From the NCBI GenBank assembly GCA_049860595.1, contig CP187551.1: a stretch of DNA of 64,000 nt. One strand, given 5' to 3'. Under the pieces are notes generated by a model. The model was not told where the DNA came from and ran no database searches. It saw only the letters and a list, made by a program, of their open reading frames with translations. Made by a program: the position numbers and the translations under genes. Each line of letters starts with the position of its first letter. The first letter of the stretch is position 1. Shown here piece after piece: positions 56,160 through 64,000 of the stretch. This DNA is from Methanocaldococcus sp. 16A. GTDB lineage: Archaea > AGJL01 > Methanococci > Methanococcales > Methanocaldococcaceae.

Positions 56160-57479
56160 ATGTTTAAAAAAATAGTATTAATAATGGCTATTTTATTGAC
56201 ACCATTAGCATTTGGAGAAAACGTAGGAGATGTAAATGGAGATGGTTCAATAGATATTGCTGATGTTGTATATCTCTTTAAGCATAGAGATGTCCCATTA
56301 GAAGTTGGAGATTTAAACTGTGACAATTCCGTTGACATTGCAGATGTTGTATATCTATTCGTCAACTACCAAAAATGGAGAGAACCTGTAGTGTTTGCTA
56401 AAAACTTTGAAATAGAATACTACGATGTAAATGGAAATCCAGTAAGTTATGATGACAATTGGGCTTATAAAATTGTAACAACAAAATACGGGGACAATAT
56501 TTATAATAAGTACTGCATTGTTAGAGAAGGAGAGAATCCTCCAAGTAATCTGCCTTCAGATGTTAAAGTTATATATGCCCCAGTGAAAAAAGTTGCTACA
56601 GATAGTTCTTTCCAAGTAGCTATGCTTGAGGCTTTAAATGATGATAATGTAAGAAAATCCTTAAGAGGAGTATCTAAATACACATATACCAAAATAAAAG
56701 ATTATGGAGTTTTCCCGAACTTAAAACCTTATGTCGATAGTGGAAATATAATTCCAATAGGAAAATGGGGCGCACTTGATAAAGAGGCATTATTAAATAT
56801 AAGTCCAGACATTGTTTTCTTAACTTGGACACATGGTTATTTAACTACAGATATTGATACTGTAAAGGATTTAGGACTCAATTATCTCGTAACTGTAGAA
56901 TCAAATGAACCAGACTTTAGAGCAAAGGCAGAATGGGCAAAGGTATATGCTGCATTTTATAACTTAGATGCCAAAGGAAATGATTTCTTCCAGAAAGTTT
57001 GGAAAAAGAGAAATGAACTTATAAGAAAAACAAGAAATGCTGACTATAGACCAAAAGTAGCTATGCTCTATTGGTCACTATATTCAGGACCTTGGGTCTA
57101 CTGTGCCCAAAACTACTATGCAAAATGGGTTTTAGATGTTAAAGGAGATTACTGCTTCCTTGATATTCCAGGAACATCTTATGTAAATCTTGATAAAGAA
57201 ACAACCTTAGAGCACCTCCAAGACTGTGATGTATTCATATACATGAATTGGAACTCATTAAATGAGCCAATGGATACACTTGAAGAATTAAAAGAAAGAA
57301 GACCTGACTTAGCACCTATATTAGATCATGCAAAGAGAGTATATGTAACAAAACCAAATTATTCCTATGATGGAAATGTAAATATGGACTTGTTGATGGA
57401 AGACTTTGCAAGAATGATACATCCAGAATGCTTTGATGGTGGAGATAGCGAATTACATTACTTCAAAAAACTGAAATAA
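56160..57479 (+). CDS. Dockerin-fused ABC substrate-binding protein (class III), #2
   Basis: ATG 56160 after GGAG; signal peptide ending AFG; GDVNGDGSIDIADVVYL / GDLNCDNSVDIADVVYL; PVKKV, AKAEWAK, DFARMIHP. Confidence 0.9.
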   Translation: MFKKIVLIMAILLTPLAFGENVGDVNGDGSIDIADVVYLFKHRDVPLEVGDLNCDNSVDIADVVYLFVNYQKWREPVVFAKNFEIEYYDVNGNPVSYDDNWAYKIVTTKYGDNIYNKYCIVREGENPPSNLPSDVKVIYAPVKKVATDSSFQVAMLEALNDDNVRKSLRGVSKYTYTKIKDYGVFPNLKPYVDSGNIIPIGKWGALDKEALLNISPDIVFLTWTHGYLTTDIDTVKDLGLNYLVTVESNEPDFRAKAEWAKVYAAFYNLDAKGNDFFQKVWKKRNELIRKTRNADYRPKVAMLYWSLYSGPWVYCAQNYYAKWVLDVKGDYCFLDIPGTSYVNLDKETTLEHLQDCDVFIYMNWNSLNEPMDTLEELKERRPDLAPILDHAKRVYVTKPNYSYDGNVNMDLLMEDFARMIHPECFDGGDSELHYFKKLK

Positions 57480-57714
57480 TCATACTATTTTTTAATTTTT
57501 ATTCTATTTTTATCTTCTAAATATTTAAATTTAAAGTTTATTAAAATATTTTTATATATTATCAAGATAACTATAAGTGATTTGATATGATTTTCAATAA
57601 CACTTTATATTCAATAAAAAACTCATTTCTATGAATGGTCTATACTATTGAACTTATTGAAGTCAAAGGCTTCAAAATATCCTTAATATCTATTTAAAGT
57701 GCATTCAACCTGTT

Positions 57715-57772
57715 ATATATGACTTTAAGCATCTATATGCCTTATAAAATTTTATTTCTGCGAAAGCTCTAT
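57715..57772 (-). repeat. Degenerate half of an MJRE-type repeat
   Basis: Minus strand ATAGAGCTTTCGCAGAAATAAAATTTTAT...ATATAGATGCTTAAAG resembles the left half of the 24567 copy. Confidence 0.55.
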
Positions 57773-57789
57773 TTAAACTCTCATAGAAG

Positions 57790-58842
57790 GTGGTTATTTT
57801 GAAAATTAGGATTAAAGCTCTAACAGTATTTTTACTTTTAATGATATTTTCTTTGTCAATATTGAGTATAACTACTGGAACCATAAAAATAGAGCCAAAA
57901 AAATTTTATAACTATTTAATGGAAGGCACTACGGGTAATCCAATATGGGATAATGTTATTGAAAAGTGCAGACTTCCAAGAACTGTTGGAGCAATATTTG
58001 CAGGAATGGGTTTAGCAGTAGCAGGCTTGTTGATGCAAAGTTTGTTTAGGAACCCTTTAGCTGACCCTTATCTAATAGGGGTCTCGAGTGGGGCATCTTT
58101 AGGAGTAGCTCTTTATGTTTTTACATCATTACTATTTGAATTAGGAATTCCTCATTCAATATGGGGTTTTATATTAGCAGCCTATTTAGGCTCTCTGTTC
58201 TCTATGTTAGTAGTTATATCGTTAGCAAGGAAAGTTAGGCAAATTACTACACTTTTAATTGTTGGGCTCATGATTGGCTATATTTCCTCAGGTTTAATAA
58301 CTATTGTTATAACCTTTGGAGATTTCTTAGGTGTGGAGAATAGCAATTTGGCAAGTTTTATGATGTGGGGATATGGTTCTTTAAGTTCTTTGACTATGAA
58401 TAGAGCCATAATAATGGCTATACTGGTGGTTATTTGTAGCTTTATAACCTATTTTTTATCTAAGTATCTTGACGCCTATTTGCTTGGAGAAAACTACGCA
58501 AAGAGTGTTGGAGTTAATATAAAAAATTTGAGGATTGCCATAATTTTAATATCTTGTATGATTACTGCAAGTATTGTAGCATTTGCTGGACCAATAGGAT
58601 TTGTAGGAATGGTTTGTCCAATTGTTGCAAGGTTGGTATGTGGAACATCAAAACATTTCTATGTAATTCCTAATGCTATGTTAATAGGTGCAATTTTTTT
58701 AATAATAGCTGATATTCTTGTAAGACCTGGAGTAATAATTCCAACAACAAGCACAGAACTACCTTTAATGTGTCCTTTATCAATTATAGGGGCTCCAATA
58801 GCCATAATGATATATATCAAAAGAAAAAAGATGGGGATATAA
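57790..58842 (+). CDS. FecCD/BtuC-family ABC permease 1
   Basis: [39 protein letters not shown]. Confidence 0.93.
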   Translation: MVILKIRIKALTVFLLLMIFSLSILSITTGTIKIEPKKFYNYLMEGTTGNPIWDNVIEKCRLPRTVGAIFAGMGLAVAGLLMQSLFRNPLADPYLIGVSSGASLGVALYVFTSLLFELGIPHSIWGFILAAYLGSLFSMLVVISLARKVRQITTLLIVGLMIGYISSGLITIVITFGDFLGVENSNLASFMMWGYGSLSSLTMNRAIIMAILVVICSFITYFLSKYLDAYLLGENYAKSVGVNIKNLRIAIILISCMITASIVAFAGPIGFVGMVCPIVARLVCGTSKHFYVIPNAMLIGAIFLIIADILVRPGVIIPTTSTELPLMCPLSIIGAPIAIMIYIKRKKMGI

Positions 58843-59858
58843 TGAGAAAAATATCCGTGATTTTGCTAATGGTTTTGTTAATATTTTCTCTATTTGTTTT
58901 TGGGATATTTAAAGGAGGTAATGCAAAATCAATAACTATGGGTGATGTAAAAAATTTTTTAATTTATGGGACTACAGGAGATGAGTTTAAAGACAATATT
59001 ATATGGAATGTTAGAATTCCTCCGTTAGTCACTGCTTTAATTGTTGGAGCAGTTCTATCAGTTTCAGGATTAAAACTTCAGACACTTTTTAGAAATATTT
59101 TAGCGTCTCCATATACAACTGGAATATCCACTGGAGTTATATTAGGTGTGGCTATAACAGTATTCTTAGGTTTTTCATTCTCAAATATTATAAGAATTCC
59201 TGATTATATTGTAGGAGGTTGGATAGGTGCAGCTATAGCTTTAATAATATTATTGGCTCTTGCTTCAAAAATTAAGGATGTTACTGGAGTTTTAATTTGT
59301 AGTATATTGTTTGGATACTTCTACTATGGAATTGAGAGTTATTTAATAAGTTTTGCTGACAATGTCCAGATTCAAGAATTTTGGATGTTTTTACAGGGAA
59401 GTTTTTCAGGGACTAGATGGAATGATTTAAAATTAATGGCTATCTGCTCATTAATCTTTTTGATATTCTCATATATGCTTTCAAAGCATTTAAATGCCTT
59501 ACTCTTTGGAGAAAAATATGCAAAAAGCTTTGGTTTAAATATAAAATATGTTAGGATATTAATTTTATTACTCTCGGGATTTATTGTTGGGGCAGTAATT
59601 CCTTATGTAGGTTTAATTCCATTTGTTGGTTTGGCAGCGCCATATATTGCAAGAATTTTAATGAAAACTTCAGACCACAGATGGACAATTCCAGCAGCTA
59701 TGTTAATTGGGATGTTCATTTCACTACTGTGTTATTTGGTGTCAATAAAGATATTTGCCCCGAGAGTAGTTCCTGTAAAATCAATTTTAGATTTATTAGG
59801 TGGGGCGTTAGTAGTGTATATAATATACAAATCTGAAAAAAGATATAGAATAGATTGA
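58842..59858 (+). CDS. FecCD/BtuC-family ABC permease 2
   Basis: QTLFRNILASP, LFGEKYAKSFG, GLIPFVG; ATG overlaps upstream TAA. Confidence 0.92.
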   Translation: MRKISVILLMVLLIFSLFVFGIFKGGNAKSITMGDVKNFLIYGTTGDEFKDNIIWNVRIPPLVTALIVGAVLSVSGLKLQTLFRNILASPYTTGISTGVILGVAITVFLGFSFSNIIRIPDYIVGGWIGAAIALIILLALASKIKDVTGVLICSILFGYFYYGIESYLISFADNVQIQEFWMFLQGSFSGTRWNDLKLMAICSLIFLIFSYMLSKHLNALLFGEKYAKSFGLNIKYVRILILLLSGFIVGAVIPYVGLIPFVGLAAPYIARILMKTSDHRWTIPAAMLIGMFISLLCYLVSIKIFAPRVVPVKSILDLLGGALVVYIIYKSEKRYRID

Positions 59859-59875
59859 AATAAAGATTAATTTAC

Positions 59876-60136
59876 TTATTTTTCATCATTAATATTTTGT
59901 TTTTTACACATTAGGTATTTTTCAACAGCTAAACCTCTAAAAAAACACTCTCTCGCTTCATCATATCTTCCCAAAATTCTCAGAGCTAAAGCTTTATTAA
60001 AATATGCATCCCTATAAAATGGATTTAATTGTATTGCTTTATCAAAATACTCCAACGCTTTTTCTATATCTCCTTTATTTCCAAGTTCCACACCTTTTTT
60101 ATAATAATACTCTGCCTTTTTAATATTTTCATCCAT
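59876..60136 (-). CDS. Small TPR protein
   Basis: Two TPR units (YYKKG...AIQLNP; AYFNKA...LGRYDEA); ATG 60136 after AGGTG. Confidence 0.85.
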   Translation of the reverse strand: MDENIKKAEYYYKKGVELGNKGDIEKALEYFDKAIQLNPFYRDAYFNKALALRILGRYDEARECFFRGLAVEKYLMCKKQNINDEK

Positions 60137-60153
60137 ACTAAACACCTTAAAAA

Positions 60154-60269
60154 TTATAGCTTTGTGCAAAAGTTTTTTAATTAAAATAAGGAATTAAAGA
60201 ATGTCTTCCATAAGGAAGACATTCAAATTGTCCTTTTTAAAGTTTATTTTATTTTGCACAAAGCTATAA
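60154..60269. repeat. Palindromic MITE-like repeat, second sequence type
   Basis: Perfect 18-bp IR TTATAGCTTTGTGCAAAA/TTTTGCACAAAGCTATAA; central 11-bp hairpin GAATGTCTTCC-ATAA-GGAAGACATTC. Confidence 0.88.
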
Positions 60270-60282
60270 AAATAAAAAATAA

Positions 60283-61701
<1,419 letters not shown>

Positions 61702-61834
61702 TTACACCAAAAATGTTTTAGATTTTAATTAGATTTTAATGGGATTAATTATGAAATATAATTTTTTGGAAATGTGTTAAAATAAAATTATGTCTAATTA
61801 TTTAAGTTTAACAAATTATTTCAAAAAATTATAG

Positions 61835-61926
61835 TAGGACTTTCGCAGGTATAAATATTGGAAGGTTTATTTAATGCTTTTGGCATCATTTTTTTACTAC
61901 TAAATATATAAAGTGCGAAAGTCCTA
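61835..61926. repeat. Palindromic MITE-like repeat (MJRE-type), diverged interior
   Basis: TAGGACTTTCGCA...TGCGAAAGTCCTA. Confidence 0.85.
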
Positions 61927-62379
61927 TTATAATCACACAAAAAATTTTAAAACAAATATTTAAAATTTTTCTTTAAATTTTAAATTCTAACAATACACTC
62001 ATTTTTTTGTTATTTATCTTTTAGTTTATATTAAAATAGGATGTTTTTAGCAAAAAAGAATCTAAATATAGAAAAATCAATAATTAAATTTTCAATACCA
62101 TATGTCTGATTTTAATTATATTTTTTTAATCATTTAATTTTTAATCATTTAATATTCTTTAAAACTTAAATACGTATATTACCTAATTAATATCACAGAT
62201 TTTTTCGCCAACATCATCAATAGATAATTTTCCCACAATTAATGAAAAAATCGCTCATACCTTTGAGTGATTCAGTTAAGGGAACCTGAATTTAGTATAT
62301 CTACCGTTAGAAAGGTTTATCTTTGGGATGTATCCAAGACAGCATAAATTACTGACATACTAACACTAATTTTATTTGC

Positions 62380-63057
62380 TTATTTGCAACATTTTATAAT
62401 CCAATTATAATATAAATCAACAGCCAAATTCGTTGATTTAATAAAAGTATCTAATTTTCCTTGAGTCATTTTGCCTTCTTCAAAAATAATTTCTAGATCA
62501 TTAGTAATTCTGCATTTCTTATTTCTATCAGCAATTCCATTATTATGAACAATAATATTTCTCAAATCTATTAAGCAATCCCACTTCTCTTTTTCATCTT
62601 GAGTAATTAGTTTTTTATTATATGTCTCTTTAATAATTCCACTAAGATATATTAATTTTCCCGAAGCGATTCTATTATTATACCATCCATTTAAAGGATG
62701 ATTTTCATTTTTAATTGCTTCTTTTGCACAAAATTCAATTGATGACATTGTAGGAATAAACAAAATACTCCTTGTAGCCATGAAAACTCTTTCACCATTT
62801 TCTCTTCTAACTCTTTCTAACTCATCTGGAGTTTCTGGAACTTTTAATCCGAATATTTGTGGATTACACCAGATGTTGTAATAAAAGTTTAACAATTCTT
62901 GAGTTTGGGTAGCATGGTTATATATCATTCCAAAACATCCTGCTCTAATATCATCTTCAGCATCAAATTTTTCATTAAGTTCATCTTGATATCTTGCACA
63001 TTTATTTCTGAGATCTTCTAACAAATCTAATAATTCTTTCATCATCTCATCTCCCAA
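62380..63057 (-). CDS. Hypothetical protein with HEPN-like Rx4H motif
   Basis: IEFCAKE upstream helix and LRNIIVHNNG; true start may be ATG 63045. Confidence 0.65.
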   Translation of the reverse strand: MGDEMMKELLDLLEDLRNKCARYQDELNEKFDAEDDIRAGCFGMIYNHATQTQELLNFYYNIWCNPQIFGLKVPETPDELERVRRENGERVFMATRSILFIPTMSSIEFCAKEAIKNENHPLNGWYNNRIASGKLIYLSGIIKETYNKKLITQDEKEKWDCLIDLRNIIVHNNGIADRNKKCRITNDLEIIFEEGKMTQGKLDTFIKSTNLAVDLYYNWIIKCCK

Positions 63058-63417
63058 TTTGATAATTTTTTATTTTTTAGTTAGATATTATTAGTATTTA
63101 TCATTTAAAGTAAAACCAATATATTTCAGCTAACTTCCTATAAAAAATAATAAACAAAAATCCCATAAAAATCTTATTAATTTAATACATCCTAATAAAT
63201 AAAATATTCAAAATAATCTTCCATTAGAAATTATCTAAAAATCCATAAAATCAAAAAATAAAGATTTTAAAGTAGTTAATCTTAAATCTAAAACTTTTTA
63301 TCGTGATAAATATAATCCCACTGACAAACTTAAACTAAAATATAGAATGGTTATATTAAAATACCTTACATGTAATTTTAATATAAAATTATTACAAAAA
63401 ATAGTGCTGGTGATAAG

Positions 63418-64000
63418 ATGCCTACAATAAATGTAAAAAAAGCTGATTTGGAGAGATTAGTAAATATGCCCTTAGAAGATGAGTTTATTGAGGAAAAATT
63501 TCCAATGATGGGTGTTGAGGTCGAAGGAATCTTTGAAGAAGATGGAGAAAAAATTATTCAATTCTCAATAAACCCAAATAGACCAGATTATTTAAGTGCT
63601 GAAGGTTTGGCAAGAGGTTTTAGGGGAATTATTGGAATAGAAACAGGATTAAAAAAATATGATATTGAGAGTTCAGATGTAAAGCTATATGTTGAAAATG
63701 TTGAAACAAGGCCCTATATAGCAATGGCTTTAGTTAAAGGGGTTATTATTGATGATTATGTTTTAGAGAGTATAATTAACCTTCAAGAGAAATTACACTG
63801 GGTTATGGGAAGAGATAGGAAAAAAGTGGCAATAGGAATTCACGATGCGGATAAAGTTAAGCCTCCATTCTACTATAAAGAAATTGGTGGAGAAGAGATT
63901 AAATTTGTCCCATTGAACTCTGAAGAAGAGATGACTCCAAGAGAGATTTTAGAAAAACATGAAAAAGGAATAAAATATGCCCATTTGATTAAAGATGACA
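63418..64000 (+). CDS. pheT: Phenylalanine--tRNA ligase beta subunit, 3'-truncated by window edge
   Basis: MPTINV..., NPNRPDYLSAEGLAR, LQEKLH...GRDRKKVAIGIHD; RBS GGTGA. Confidence 0.95.
   Translation, partial: MPTINVKKADLERLVNMPLEDEFIEEKFPMMGVEVEGIFEEDGEKIIQFSINPNRPDYLSAEGLARGFRGIIGIETGLKKYDIESSDVKLYVENVETRPYIAMALVKGVIIDDYVLESIINLQEKLHWVMGRDRKKVAIGIHDADKVKPPFYYKEIGGEEIKFVPLNSEEEMTPREILEKHEKGIKYAHLIKDD

Noticed and set aside
60137-60169. ORF-track extension of the TPR gene to a TTG at 60169
   Set aside because: It starts inside the palindromic repeat; ATG 60136 has a proper RBS

Overview
AT-rich archaeal chromosomal DNA, most consistent with Methanocaldococcus: gene order follows my recollection of the M. 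jannaschii MJ0622-to-MJ0571 region, then jumps to pheT. The core genes are ftsZ, mptN, the tetraether synthase radical SAM, purE, atpD, nth, tyrA, spcS, ppaC, hemL, thi4, the rplX-pcc1-Brix-rpoP-rpl37ae-SBDS-psmA cluster, acd, truD, lysC and pheT. The ORF track misses a two-hairpin H/ACA guide RNA, a HesB-like selenoprotein with its SECIS, rpoP and three small metal-binding ORFs. Accessory content: a solitary OLD-family nuclease beside a broken EVE gene, an IS6 element with target duplication, MJRE-like palindromic repeats and an orphan HEPN-like gene. The most notable feature is a ~21 kb island (38990-59858). Two ABC substrate-binding proteins there carry N-terminal dockerins and no visible anchor. 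They are encoded with four cohesin-like scaffold proteins (three membrane-anchored, one with an S-layer domain), FecCD/BtuCD permeases and ATPase, CobN, CbiZ, radical SAM enzymes and a ferredoxin. This looks like a cellulosome-style cohesin-dockerin assembly used for corrinoid or metal-chelate scavenging. All family calls are motif recognition by eye; no searches were run, and MJ locus numbers are recalled, not verified.
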